DNA of 64,000 bases from an uncultured Verrucomicrobiae bacterium (GTDB lineage Bacteria > Verrucomicrobiota > Verrucomicrobiia > Limisphaerales > JAFGQR01): contig CAWBHS010000072.1 in assembly GCA_963788655.1 (NCBI GenBank), positions 224,001 through 288,000 on the forward strand, read 5' to 3'. Under the pieces are notes generated by a model that saw only the letters and a list, made by a program, of their open reading frames with translations, did no database searches and was not told where the DNA came from. Positions 33,109-43,937 of the stretch are shown in pieces (the first letter of the stretch is position 1; each line of letters begins with the position of its first letter). The position numbers were made by a program, and so were the translations under genes.

Positions 33109-33126
33109 CGTGGAGGCTATCTGGCG

Positions 33127-33199
33127 CGTAGCGGCGTCTCGGGAGAGCGCCGCCAACTACAACAAAGAGTTTGCGGCGCACTCCCGAGACACCGCTACG
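33127..33199. repeat. REP-like inverted doublet (GTAGCGGCGTCTC family), second copy
   Basis: CGTAGCGGCGTCTCGGGAGAGCGCCGC ... GCGGCGCACTCCCGAGACACCGCTACG. Confidence 0.88.
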
Positions 33200-33299
33200 G
33201 CTCATGAGTTCAATCCTTCAACGATTCACCACTTCATCGAAACGCGCTTGCCAGAAAGGCTTGCCCTCGTAATGATTCCGAAGAAAACCACCAGAACTT

Positions 33300-34133
33300 A
33301 TGGCCAAAATCTATTTCGGAGTGAACATGGAATTCGTCCGGCACGCGGACAAGTCGTTTGAATGGGGCATCGCCAAGGCAGCCGAACTGGGTTACACGCA
33401 CGTGGAACCGATGGTTCATTGGGGCCGCGAACTGTTGAGCGAGGCGGGCTATTTTCACAGTGTCTCGATGCTCGATGATCCGCTGCGCATCAAGAACGCC
33501 TGCAAAAAACATCGCATCAAACTTTCCGGCCTGTCGGCGCATTGTCCGATCACGAAGCCGGAGATCGGCGTCGAATATCTCAAGCAAGCAATCCGGTTCG
33601 CGGCCGAATGCGGCGCGCCGGTGATCAACAGCGACGAAGGGCCCAAACAGCCGTGGACGACCGAGGCCGAAGATTGGGTGCTGATGCGTTACACCTTGAT
33701 GGAAGCCGCCAAGGTGGCCGAGCCGCGGGGTATCCTGATCGGCTTGGAATGTCACCAGCAGTACAGCAAAACTCCCGCCGGCCTGGACAAACTGTATGGA
33801 TTGGTCAAGAGCCCGGTCATCGGCATCAATTTCGACATGGGCAACAGCTACCTGGCGGGCCAGGATCCGTATCGATGGTTGGAACGGGTCGTGGGCCAGC
33901 TCGTCCATTTGCACGCCAAGGATATTTCAATCGAGCATTCCGCCGCCGAACGTGGCAAAGTAACGGGCACGCCGGTGGGTTGCGCTTGTGGCGACGGCGT
34001 CATCGACTGGACCCGCACGCTGAAGATTTGCAAAAAGGCCAAGCGCGACATCGTCTTCTCCGTTGAATGCGGCACCGTTGATCAAGCCGAGCGTTCGATC
34101 AAACACTTGAAGAAGGTCGCTCGCACGGTTTAG
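33300..34133 (+). CDS. Sugar phosphate isomerase/epimerase (xylose isomerase-like TIM barrel)
   Basis: AAELGYTHVE, IGLECH, NFDMGN, HLHAKD, GDGVIDW, SVE. Confidence 0.88.
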   Translation: MAKIYFGVNMEFVRHADKSFEWGIAKAAELGYTHVEPMVHWGRELLSEAGYFHSVSMLDDPLRIKNACKKHRIKLSGLSAHCPITKPEIGVEYLKQAIRFAAECGAPVINSDEGPKQPWTTEAEDWVLMRYTLMEAAKVAEPRGILIGLECHQQYSKTPAGLDKLYGLVKSPVIGINFDMGNSYLAGQDPYRWLERVVGQLVHLHAKDISIEHSAAERGKVTGTPVGCACGDGVIDWTRTLKICKKAKRDIVFSVECGTVDQAERSIKHLKKVARTV

Positions 34134-34142
34134 CCGGAACCG

Positions 34143-34430
34143 GTAGAACAACCGTCCCGGCTGTCTCGAAGGGGAAAGCCCGCTGCGTTTGGCCGTGACT
34201 ATTCAGTAGTACATGCGTCCCGCCTGTCCCGAATGGAACGAAGCCATCGACTTGCATCGCCGGGCTGGGACTCTTCCAAGGTCACCCATAACTGAGAACG
34301 CCCTTCGTTATCCGAGACAGGCGAGACGCCTGTCCTACTTTGCCGAATCAGCTCGTGACCGGTCCAGCTACTAATAGTCACCGCTTGGTATTGGCCGCCT
34401 GCGATAAAGGTGGGACGCCGGTCCTGCCCA
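34143..34430. repeat. Cluster of GTAGGACAGGCGTCCCGCCTGTC-family palindromes between convergent genes
   Basis: Inner pair 34206-34338; degenerate outer arms at 34143 and ~34409-34428. Confidence 0.75.
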
Positions 34431-34435
34431 GCGGT

Positions 34436-35077
34436 TCAGGGCTTCTGCAGTTCTTTCTGCAACTTCTCGAGCTTGGGGCGAATTACCAACCGGCAATACG
34501 GATAGTTCTGATTGTTCTCGTAGAAATCCTGGTGGTAATCCTCCGCCTGGTAGAAGTGCTTTAGCGGCACGATTTGAGTCACGATAGGTTGCGGGAAATG
34601 TTTGGCGGCTGCTTGCTTCGATTTCTCGGCGGCTTCCTTCTGGGCCTCGTTGCTGTAAAGAATGATCGACCGATATTGCGTGCCTTCATCAGGACCCTGA
34701 CGATTCAACGTGGTCGGATCGTGCGCCGCCCAGAAGACTTCCAGCAGCTTGTCGTAACTGATCTTCGTGGGATTGAATTGGATCTGCACGACTTCAGCAT
34801 GTCCGGTCGTGCCGGAACAAACTTCTTTGTAAGTCGGATCCACCGCGGTGCCCCCCGCATAACCGCTGGCCACCGACTTCACTCCGCGTAATCCTTGAAA
34901 GACCGCTTCGATGCACCAGAAGCAGCCGCCGCCGAAGGTAGCGACTTCGGTGGGTCCGCTCATGTCGTTGGCCTTTTGCGTATGCTCAGTTTTCATGTGT
35001 TCACTGCACCCGCCGGTGATCGCGCTGGTCAACACCGCGCCAACCAGCAATGCACTCAAACTAATTTTTGTTTTCAT
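34436..35077 (-). CDS. msrA: Peptide-methionine (S)-S-oxide reductase with lipoprotein-like signal
   Basis: GGCFWC, SGYAGG, GHAEVVQ, HDPTTLNRQG, AEDYHQ, YC. Confidence 0.95.
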   Translation of the reverse strand: MKTKISLSALLVGAVLTSAITGGCSEHMKTEHTQKANDMSGPTEVATFGGGCFWCIEAVFQGLRGVKSVASGYAGGTAVDPTYKEVCSGTTGHAEVVQIQFNPTKISYDKLLEVFWAAHDPTTLNRQGPDEGTQYRSIILYSNEAQKEAAEKSKQAAAKHFPQPIVTQIVPLKHFYQAEDYHQDFYENNQNYPYCRLVIRPKLEKLQKELQKP

Positions 35078-35210
35078 TCAAACTTCAAGTCGAATATGCC
35101 TGGGAAAACCTTACACGCAAATTATCAATTCAGCCGCTCGATCACTTTCGTCGCCATCGAACCGAGCCGCGACGGGACGGGAGCGATAAACCGGATATTT
35201 GACACTCGTC

Positions 35211-35281
35211 GTAGCCGCCGACGTGAGGAGGCGGAACACTGGCAGGCTGCATCAGGTCCGCCTCCTCACGTCGGCGGCTAC
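35211..35281. repeat. REP-like inverted doublet (GTAGCCGCCGACGTGAGGAGGCGG)
   Basis: Perfect inverted arms GTAGCCGCCGACGTGAGGAGGCGGA / TCCGCCTCCTCACGTCGGCGGCTAC. Confidence 0.9.
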
Positions 35282-35356
35282 AGTCGGTCGGGTCATTAAT
35301 CGGGATGTGGAATAACCGGGCCAATTCCAATTCCCATCCAAGATGAGACTTCGATC

Positions 35357-35425
35357 GGAGCGCGGACATTCCTGTCCGCTCGGCGGGGATTACGTTGCAC
35401 GAGCGGGCAGGAATGTCCGCGCTCC
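35357..35425. repeat. REP-like inverted doublet (GGAGCGCGGACATTCCTGTCCGC family)
   Basis: GGAGCGCGGACATTCCTGTCCGCTC ... GAGCGGGCAGGAATGTCCGCGCTCC; second copy at 38179-38248. Confidence 0.88.
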
Positions 35426-35629
35426 AATCCGCTTCCGCATTAGTCTCCACTTGAAATCAAAATGGAATAACAGCGCCTCGGAGACGGCCAAGATCGAAGA
35501 CGGAAGGCCGAAATTTTGTTTGTGAAAACAGCTCCCGTTTAGAACGACAGCCAATCAAAAGTCCGGTCGCCTGGAGCCCTTCGGATTTCATCTTTGCTTT
35601 GCCTCCGAAACCAGCTCAGGCTGGATGCC

Positions 35630-38095
35630 ATGACGACTCCATACGCGGTTTCCAAATTCAGTCTCGCCTGCCTGCTCACTGGTGGGATGCTTGCCTTGGG
35701 ATGCAGTCTGCATGCTGCCGCACCGGCGTTGGACAACGTGATTGATGCCGTTCAATACCCGGACAGTGCGGCAGCACAGGCCGCCTGGAAACCGATGTCG
35801 GGGACCGCTCCGGTCGAACTTGGTCACTCACGACGGCCAACCCGCCCTGCGTTTCCCGTGCAACTTCGCCGGCACCACCATCGAGCGCGCTTCCTGGGAC
35901 CGGACGGTGACATTGGACCTGGTGGGTAGCCGCGGCATCCAATTCAAAATGTTTTGCCGCGATGCTTCGCCGATATCGCATTTCAGCCTGTATTTCCAAA
36001 GCGGCGACGGATGGTATCATGCTGGGTTCTATCCGGAATCCTCGACCGACTGGAACACCATCACGATTGACAAGGCCGATACCGGTACGGAAGGAAAGCC
36101 TGCTGGCTGGGGCAACATTCGCACCATTCGTCTTTCCGCTTGGCGCGGCAAAGACACCAGCACGGAATTCTTTCTGGCCGACTTGCGCAAAACCGGATCG
36201 TTGGGGGCGGATGCCTTGGTGGCCATTGTGCGCGCTGAATCGGCGGCGCAGGGTTCCCCCGAGGAAGCTCGCAGCGCGAACCAGTTTGCGGAAGCCACTG
36301 CCGAAAACCTCCAACAACTGGGCGTCGGTTACGCGGTCGTCAGCGACCTTGACCTGACGGCGGCCCGGCTGCAACCCGCCAAGGTCGTCGTGCTGCCGTA
36401 CAATCCGGGAATGCCGGACCAGGTGGCGGACATCTTGATTGACTACGAAAAACACGGCGGTAAGCTGCTGGCCTTCTATTCCTTTTCGTCCAAGTTGTTG
36501 CCCGTGCTGGGCCTTGAAAGCGCGGCTCGCACGTGAAGGCTTCACCAACCGTTGGCTTCGCACAAATTCGGTCCCAAGCGAATGCGCTTCCCGGCGCCCC
36601 CGCACAGATCAACCAGCATTCCTGGAACATCAACGCCTTCCGGCCCCGACCGGGCGTCGGCCACGTGTTGGCGAACTGGTATGACGATCACGGTCAGTCC
36701 ACGGGCTACGCGGCGGTGCTCGGTTCCTCGAACGGCCTGGCGATGACGCACGTGTTGCTAAACGATGATGCCGCCAATCAGCGCCGGTTGTTGCTGGCCA
36801 TGTTGGGTTACTTGGCGCCCGACGTTTGGAAACAGGCGGCAACGGGCCGCATCAATAGCATTGGAGCGATCAGCCACTTTAAAACGTTTCAAGAAGCTTC
36901 CAATCACCTCAGTGCGCTGAGCACGAACAAACCGCTGGCCTTGCGGGCACTTGCTGACGCGACAGAATTGCGTCAAACCGCCCTGCGCCTCGCCCGCCAA
37001 GGAGACTATGCCCAAGCCATGGATCGGGCGGAAACCGCCAGTGAGCGGGTCAAAGAGGCTTTCTGCCGTGCCCAAACACCGCAGCCCGGAGAGTTTCGTG
37101 CCTTTTGGTGTCACAGTGCGTTTGGCGTGAACGGCCTGACCTGGGATCAAGCCATTGCCCGCCTGGCCGACAATGGTTTCACCGCCATCCTGCCGAATAT
37201 GCTGTGGGGTGGGGTGGCCTACTACCAGAGCAACGTGTTGCCGGTCGCGTCGGACGTTGCCCAGCGCGGCGATCAAATCGCGGAATGCGTCGTGGCCTGC
37301 CGTAAGCACGGTCTGCAAATCCATGTGTGGAAAGTCAATTGGAACCTGGGTTACGCTGTGCCCCAAAGCTTCATTGAGCGAATGCGGCGTGAGCACCGGT
37401 TGCAGGTCAGTTCACGCGGTGAGGAGGAACGCTGGTTGTGCCCGTCGCATCCGGCTAATCGGCAACTGGAGGTCGCTTCCTTGCTCGAGGTCGTGCGCAA
37501 CTACGACGTGGACGGCATCCATTTTGACTATATCCGCTACCCGGACAGCGACCATTGCTTTTGTTCCGCCTGTCGCGAGCGGTTTCAAACGATGACTGGT
37601 GAGGAAATCCAGCACTGGCCCGACGATGTTCTCAAGCAAGGGCCGCTGCGCCAGCAATGGCTGGATTGGCGTCGGGGCAACATCACCACCGTCGTTAAGG
37701 CGGTCAGCGAACAGGCACGCGCGCTCAAGCCGAACATCAAAATCTCGGCGGCTGTGTTTCGCAACTGGCCCACCGACCGTGACAGCGTGGGGCAGGACTG
37801 GAAGCTCTGGTGCGATCAGGGCTATCTGGATTTCGTTTGCCCGATGGATTACACGGCCAGCAACCGCAGCTTCGAAAACATGGTCGCGGCGCAAGTCGAG
37901 TGGGCGGGCAAAGTGCCTTGTTATCCCGGCATCGGGGTCAGTGCTTCCTCCTCGCATTTTGGCGTGGACCGTTTGATCGATCAAATCGACATCACGCGCC
38001 GCCTTCGCACCGGCGGATTTACCATCTTCAACTACGGAGTCCGTGAAAGCCGCGAACTACTGCCGCTGCTGGGATTGGGGATTACGGCGAAATAG
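35630..38095 (+). CDS. Second GHL10 family protein with N-terminal CBM-like domain (indels at ~35820 and ~36520, probably sequencing errors)
   Basis: Three consecutive ORF pieces join into one protein; EFRAFWCH, WLCPSHP, YDVDGIHFDYIRYP; clearly paralogous to 30715-33108. Confidence 0.82.
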
Positions 38096-38178
38096 ACGCA
38101 GGTAATGGCCGGTGGTAATGACTGATCCAGTCGGAGGGGCCACTTACGTTTTTCGGGGTTCGCCAGCCGCCACCTTTG

Positions 38179-38248
38179 GGAGCGCGGACATTCTTGTCCG
38201 CATCGAGCGATCGGCCAAGCTGGAAGCGGACAGGAATGTCCGCGCGCC
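38179..38248. repeat. REP-like inverted doublet (GGAGCGCGGACATT family), second copy
   Basis: GGAGCGCGGACATTCTTGTCCGC ... GCGGACAGGAATGTCCGCGCGCC. Confidence 0.85.
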
Positions 38249-38345
38249 GGAAAACGCGAGTTACGCACCCCGGCGACAGTTATTGAATCCTTGCGGTCAA
38301 CCTGTTTAACTGCGTTCACAATTCTGTTTCGAACGGTATGCAATT

Positions 38346-39426
38346 ATGAAAACAAAATGCTTTCGTCCTTCCGTGGGTAATCTCTCGGTCCTGTCAATCG
38401 CCGGCGCGTGCGTCCTCCATTTAGCCTCGACTTGCACCGCCCAACCCGATCCGCACTGGCTGGAGCATGACCGTGCCCGGCCGCAGCCGCCGGTGGTCGA
38501 ACCCGGCACGTGCAGCACGCAGGATCAATCCGGTAAGGCGCCTTCGGATGCCGTGGTGCTGTTTGACGGCAAGGATCTTTCCCCGTGGGTCAGCATGGAT
38601 GGCAGTCCGACGCGCTGGGTGGTCAAGAACGGTTACATGGAATGCGTGAAAGGCAGCGGCTATGTACGCACGTTGCAGAACTTCGGCGATTGCCAGCTTC
38701 ACGTGGAATGGGTCGCGCCGGTGCCCGCCGAAGGCGAAGGGCAGGGGAGGGGCAACAGCGGCGTCTTTTTCGGAATGGACCGCTACGAAATCCAAGTCCT
38801 GGACTCCTACAAGAACATCACCTACGCCGATGGCTCAGCCGGTTCGGTGTATGGACAATATCCGCCGCTGGCAAATGTGTCACTTCCGCCGGGACAATGG
38901 CAGAGCTACGACATCATCTGGACGTCACCACGGTTTGATGCCGAAGGGAAAGCTGGTTTCGCCGGCGTACGTCACCGCGTTTCGCAATGGCGTGCTGATT
39001 CAAAACCATGTCCAACTGACCGGTCCGACCAGTTGGCTGGAACGCGCGCCATACGATGCCCACCCGGTCAAGCAACCGATTGCGTTGCAGGATCACGGCA
39101 ACCCAGTTCGGTTCCGGAACATCTGGGTGCGGGAATTGGGCCAGCCGGGCCGCAAAGAATTCACCTTCGCCGCCAAAGTGCTCGATGGTTACACGGGCAC
39201 CTACGAGGTCCGTCCCGATTTCGACATCGACGTCACCCGCGAGGGCAACCAATTGGTGGCCAAGTTTGGCGGCACGAGCTTTGTGCTGTTTGCGGAATCG
39301 CCGACGCATTTCTTTGCCAAGACGACCGACGTGCAAATTGATTTCAACCTCAACGACCAGGGCCGGGCCACGGGATTGGTGCTCTCGGTGGGCGAAGGCG
39401 GCATGCCGGCCAAGAAGATCAAATAG
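38346..39426 (+). CDS. DUF1080 (3-keto-disaccharide hydrolase-like) protein with C-terminal DUF3471-like domain; +1 indel at ~38950
   Basis: APSDAVVLFDGKDL, LHVEW, GNSGVF, YEIQVLDS; after the shift LQDHGNPVRFRNIWVREL and LDGYTGTY. Confidence 0.85.
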
Positions 39427-39464
39427 TTGACCCGCGACACCCCGAACATCTAACTCATAATCCA

Positions 39465-40373
39465 ATGATGAATACAACTTGGTTGATCGCGTTTATCGGG
39501 CTGGGAATTATGTCCAGCGTTACTCTATCCGCCGCCGACAGCGGTATCATCGCTCCCGGCGCCAAATTGGAAAAACTGGCGGGCGGCTTTGGTTTCACGG
39601 AAGGCCCTTCTTGCGACGCCGCCGGTAACGTGTTCTTCACTGACCAGCCCAACAACCGCATCATGGAGTGGAGCACGGACGGGAAACTGACCACGTTCAT
39701 GCAACCCGCCGGACGCGCCAATGGAATGTGCTTCGACGCCAAAGGCAACTTGATTGCCTGCGCGGACGAGAAGAACGAGCTTTGGTCCATCGCTCCGGAC
39801 AAAACCGTCACCGTGCTGCTCAAGGATTATCAGGGCAAACTCCTGAACGGTCCGAACGATGTGTGGGTGCGACCCGATGGCGGGCTATATTTCACCGACC
39901 CGTTTTACAAACGTCCCTGGTGGAAGCACGACAAAATGGAACAAGACGGGCAGCATGTTTACTTCTTCTCCGCGGATCGCAAGCAGCCCGTGCGCGTCAC
40001 GGAGGATCTACAACAGCCCAACGGCATCATTGGCTCGCCGGACGGCAAAACGCTCTACGTGGCCGATATTCGCGCCGGAAAAACCTACCGTTACGCCATT
40101 CAACCGGACGGTTCGCTGACCAACAAGAAACTGCACTGCGAGCTGGGTTCGGACGGCATGACCCTGGACGCACAAGGCAACCTATACCTGACGGGCCGAG
40201 GCGTTTCGGTCTTTGATCCGGCGGGCAAGAAGATCGAGCAGATTCCCGTGCCGGAAAGTTGGACCGCAAACGTGTGCTTCGGCGGCAAGGACAAGCAGAC
40301 GTTGTTCATCACGGCGAGCAAGGGATTCTATGCCATCAAAATGCGAGTCAAAGGCGCCAACCAGGCGAAGTAG
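39465..40373 (+). CDS. SMP-30/gluconolactonase/LRE family protein
   Basis: FTEGP, NGPND, LYFTDP, PNGIIGSPDGKTLYV, DGMTLDAQGNLY. Confidence 0.93.
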   Translation: MMNTTWLIAFIGLGIMSSVTLSAADSGIIAPGAKLEKLAGGFGFTEGPSCDAAGNVFFTDQPNNRIMEWSTDGKLTTFMQPAGRANGMCFDAKGNLIACADEKNELWSIAPDKTVTVLLKDYQGKLLNGPNDVWVRPDGGLYFTDPFYKRPWWKHDKMEQDGQHVYFFSADRKQPVRVTEDLQQPNGIIGSPDGKTLYVADIRAGKTYRYAIQPDGSLTNKKLHCELGSDGMTLDAQGNLYLTGRGVSVFDPAGKKIEQIPVPESWTANVCFGGKDKQTLFITASKGFYAIKMRVKGANQAK

Positions 40374-40384
40374 GAAGGCCTGAA

Positions 40385-41419
40385 ATGCATGCACCGAAGC
40401 ACTCGCGAAATCTGGGTGCCGGCGTCGGGTCGGCGCGCAACTTGACGCCATGGACGTGGCTTGGCACGCTCATCTCCGCTGTCGTCCTGTTCTTGTTGCC
40501 CATTATTGCCGCCGCTGGATCAATGAACGAACACTCGTCTGCCTTGGCGTTCAAAGAGGTGGCCCCTGGCAAGTTCTCCTTTGACACTGGCGTGCTGCGG
40601 GGCCGCCTTGGACCGCCCGGCCGGGGCGATGGACTTTCGCCGTGGTCCATATCCCCACTGGCGTCGCGCTTGGATCGAGGCGCGAATGGCTATGGTCTTT
40701 TCAGTCATTACCGGGTGTTCAGTGACCATAAACGTTACGGGCACGGCGCCTGGGATTGGCCCAAGGAAACGCGCCTGTTGGCGAATGGTGCGGTGGAACT
40801 TCATTGGCGGGCGACCGCTGATCGTCCGATTGAAATGCGCGCCGTTTACCGTTGGTGTGCGCCGGATGCGCTCGATTTGACGACCGAGGTCATTGCTCAC
40901 AAAGACTTGACGGGATTCGAATCGTTTCTCGCGGCTTACTTTACCGAGCCGTTCACCAACGCGCTCATTGATTTGAAGTCAGCGGGTATTGGCAAATCGT
41001 CCGCCGCTTTCGCCGCCGTGGACGCAGCGGATGGCGTCTGGCAAATGTTTCCCCGCGACGAAGTGGCAGTGAAACTCATTAACGATGGCCGGTGGCAATT
41101 GCCGCCCAATCCGGTGGCGTGGAAAATCCGGCCATTCCTGGACGCGCCAATCGCGGTGCGCCGGGCGCCGGTTTCGGGTGTGACCGCGGTGCTCATGGCA
41201 GCGCCCAAAGACTGCTTTGCCATCGCGATGCCCCACCAGACCGAGCCGCATTATTCGGTGTATTTCTCGCTGGGCGGCACCGACTTGAACGCGGGCCAGA
41301 TTCGCAAACTTCGAACGCATCTGTGGGTAACGCAGCGTCCCTCGGAGTCAGCAGATCCGCCAGCATTACAAAGACTGGATCAAAGCTGGGGAACGGGAAC
41401 CTTGAGGCAAGCCTGCTAG
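40385..41419 (+). CDS. Hypothetical exported protein (possible small internal indels; C-terminus uncertain)
   Basis: Long ORF following the gluconolactonase, with a hydrophobic N-terminal segment; no motif recognised. Confidence 0.6.
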   Translation: MHAPKHSRNLGAGVGSARNLTPWTWLGTLISAVVLFLLPIIAAAGSMNEHSSALAFKEVAPGKFSFDTGVLRGRLGPPGRGDGLSPWSISPLASRLDRGANGYGLFSHYRVFSDHKRYGHGAWDWPKETRLLANGAVELHWRATADRPIEMRAVYRWCAPDALDLTTEVIAHKDLTGFESFLAAYFTEPFTNALIDLKSAGIGKSSAAFAAVDAADGVWQMFPRDEVAVKLINDGRWQLPPNPVAWKIRPFLDAPIAVRRAPVSGVTAVLMAAPKDCFAIAMPHQTEPHYSVYFSLGGTDLNAGQIRKLRTHLWVTQRPSESADPPALQRLDQSWGTGTLRQAC

Positions 41420-41422
41420 AAG

Positions 41423-41878
41423 GAATGACCAATGGCCAATGACCAATGACCAGAGAAGGTCCAGATCCCAATGCCCAACCGAACTTCGCGCCGGCGGACC
41501 ATTGGTGATGGGCCTTGGTGCTTGGGCCTTCTCTGGTCATTGCGTGATTGCTCATTGGTCATTGATTCGCGGCCCTGTTCCAAATCTGCCGGCAGGATGC
41601 CGGCAGCACACTCGAGCAACGTGCTGCTGGCGTCTCGCCGGCAGAACCGGATGCAAGAGTGGCGATTGAATGCGTAGGACTGGGGATAGGAAATGACCAA
41701 CCCCCAAGGCCCAAGAATCAAAGAAGGTCCAAAGCCCAAGCGTCCAACCGAACATCGAGTAGCCTGCTGACCAACTGATGGTGCTTGGGCCTTCTCTGGT
41801 CATTGCGTGATTGCCCATTGGTCATTGATTTGCACCCGTCGTTCCAAATCTGCCGGCAGGATGCCGGCAGCACGTTGC
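41423..41878. repeat. Two tandem composite units (~263-bp period): AATGACC/GGTCATT heptamer palindrome + CTGCCGGCAGGATGCCGGCAGCAC REP arm
   Basis: TGGTGCTTGGGCCTTCTCTGGTCATTGCGTGATTG at ~41516 and ~41779, each followed by TTCCAAATCTGCCGGCAGGATGCCGGCAGCAC. Confidence 0.85.
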
Positions 41879-42015
41879 GCGTTGCGAGCGTTTGACCTCC
41901 CGATTTCCGCCCCTTATGCTCCGGCCATGCTTGCACGGATACTTTTGCCTCACGGTGAGCACCATGGTGCGTGCTCCCGAGGTGGCGTTGCCTCACCCTC
42001 ATCCCGGCGGTCCAG

Positions 42016-42906
42016 ATGAAGATTTGCGTGATCTTCAATCCGGCTGCCCGCGGAGAAAAGGCCCGCCACTTTCGTGAGCACTTGGCCGCGCTCTCGGCGG
42101 ATTGCTCGTTGAAACCCACACTGTCGGCGGGCGGGGGACGGTTGCTGGCCGCCGAGGCCGTCCGGGAAGGATTTGAGGTCATCGTCGCGGGCGGCGGTGA
42201 TGGCACCGTGTTCGAAGTGCTGAATGGCATTGGAGACGAACCCGATGGCTTCAGCCGGGTCCGGCTGGGCGTGCTGCCCCTGGGCACCGTGAATGTCTTT
42301 GCCCGGGAATTGAACCTGCCAACGCATTTCGAGTTGGCCTGGAAAATCATCATGCAAGGGCGGGAAAGCCGCATCGACCTGGGCGAAGCCGAATGTGTTT
42401 TTGACGGCCAACCGCGCCATTGCTTTTTTGTCCACATGGCCGGCGCCGGCGTGGACGCGCATGCGATTGAACTCGTCGATTGGGAGCAGAAGAAACGTTA
42501 CGGTCAGATTGCCTACGTGCTGGCCGGGATGAAAGCCATGAGCCGGGCCAAGACGCAGATCGCCGTTACGAACGGCCAGGAAACGCTCGCCGGCGAACAG
42601 GTGCTGTTGGGCAACGGCCTCCGCTACGGTGGCAACTTTCGGCTATTTCCTCTGGCGAATCCCCGCGATGGCTTGCTGGATGCGACCATATTAACCCGCG
42701 CGAATTGGGGCACTTTGCTGCAAGGGACGTGGCACCTGTGGAACAACCGGCTTTATGCCTGCAAGGGCATCAAACATTTGCGCGGTGAAACCTTGAGCCT
42801 GTACAGCGCCACGCCGGTGGCGTTTCATGTCGAAGGTGAACTCATCGGCCATCTGCCGGCCAAGTGCAGCGTGCGGCGGGAAGCGCTGAGAATCGTGGTG
42901 CCATGA
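42016..42906 (+). CDS. Diacylglycerol kinase family (YegS/DgkB-like) lipid kinase
   Basis: IFNPAAR, GGGDGTVFEVLNG, LPLGTVNVFA, DGLLD. Confidence 0.92.
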   Translation: MKICVIFNPAARGEKARHFREHLAALSADCSLKPTLSAGGGRLLAAEAVREGFEVIVAGGGDGTVFEVLNGIGDEPDGFSRVRLGVLPLGTVNVFARELNLPTHFELAWKIIMQGRESRIDLGEAECVFDGQPRHCFFVHMAGAGVDAHAIELVDWEQKKRYGQIAYVLAGMKAMSRAKTQIAVTNGQETLAGEQVLLGNGLRYGGNFRLFPLANPRDGLLDATILTRANWGTLLQGTWHLWNNRLYACKGIKHLRGETLSLYSATPVAFHVEGELIGHLPAKCSVRREALRIVVP

Positions 42907-43153
42907 GCGAGCCGAACCGCGAAGAGTTTTGAACGGCTTCATATATCCGGCCGCGTCAATGCGGGAAGCCTTCAGTGTTCGAGTAACAAAGGATTGGCTG
43001 GAACGCCAATCGCAGTCACATCGCCACGGTGCGTTGGCGGGGGAGTTCCGGAGTCAGGTTCAGCGGGTTCAAGCGGTAATCCTGATCGGTCAAATTTAAC
43101 CCGCCTACGCTCAGATCCGCCCAGCGTTTGAACCACCGACAGTTAAACCTTGG

Positions 43154-43695
43154 CTATTGCTGTTTCACTATCGCCAAACGAAAAAGGGCCTGCATGCTCT
43201 TCATGGGAGCCCGCGCCTGCCAGACTTCCAGAGCGCCATCTTGGGCAATGCGCCCGCGAGCTTCGACCAATTGCCAATTCGGCGGGTGCAACGTCAACGA
43301 GAGTTCCGGTTCGTAGGCGAGTTCGGTTTTGAGCGGATCGACCCGGTAGGTCAGCGTGAAGTAGTTGGTCCCCGCTTCCTGGGCGGTGCCGCCTTTCGGC
43401 CGGATCGCGGCGAGGTCCGACGATGTGCCGACCGGATCGAGTCCGAGCGCATATTCCACCAGGTTGGCGAGGCCATTGTGATCGGGGTCCGCGTCGTCCA
43501 GCGCATTGAGATCCGGTAATAGCCTGACGTTGGCACCTCAAGTCGCCATTGCGCATAGACGCCTCCGCCGTCCGGCCCCGGAGTTCCGTCGTGGCAATAA
43601 TTGGCGCCGTAATAACCCGCTACGCTCGTGCTCAACGTCCAGCTTCCTTGTGCCAAGGCGCTGGTAAATTGCGGATCGGTGTTGTCGAAAATCAA
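43154..43695 (-). pseudogene. Remnant of a large secreted protein: partial golvesin/Xly-CBD-like domain joined out of frame to a C-terminal DxDxNG..EYALG domain
   Basis: IFDNTD..WTLSTSVAGYYGANY..PTSGYYRISMRW, then a frame change at ~43497 to LDDADPDHNGLANLVEYALGLDP...LFRL; no start or signal peptide. Confidence 0.55.
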
Positions 43696-43937
43696 GGGGA
43701 TGCGTCAACATTCTTCAAAATTGCGACGAGGTGGGCGGCCAAAAGGCTTACATGATTGTCAGAAGCGTTGGTTTTGGCTTACCCTGGTACGGTCGCCGCC
43801 CAGGGCCTGGAATCCACGTTCGACCCGCTATCGCGGTAATACCTGATGTGAAAATGAAATGTTGAAATGAATCTCCGCCAGAAAGGATTTGCAGACGGGG
43901 CAGTTTACCGTCGAGAATGACTGGCGAGACGGTGAAA

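Noticed and set aside
42910..43150. Structured ncRNA downstream of the lipid kinase
   Set aside because: Only one modest stem (GGTTCAAGCG/CGTTTGAACC) is visible, with no recognisable family features.
43784..43800. Sigma-54 promoter (TGGTACG-N4-CCGC) upstream of the DUF772-like gene
   Set aside because: Spacing fits but the -12 element lacks TT; too weak in GC-rich DNA.
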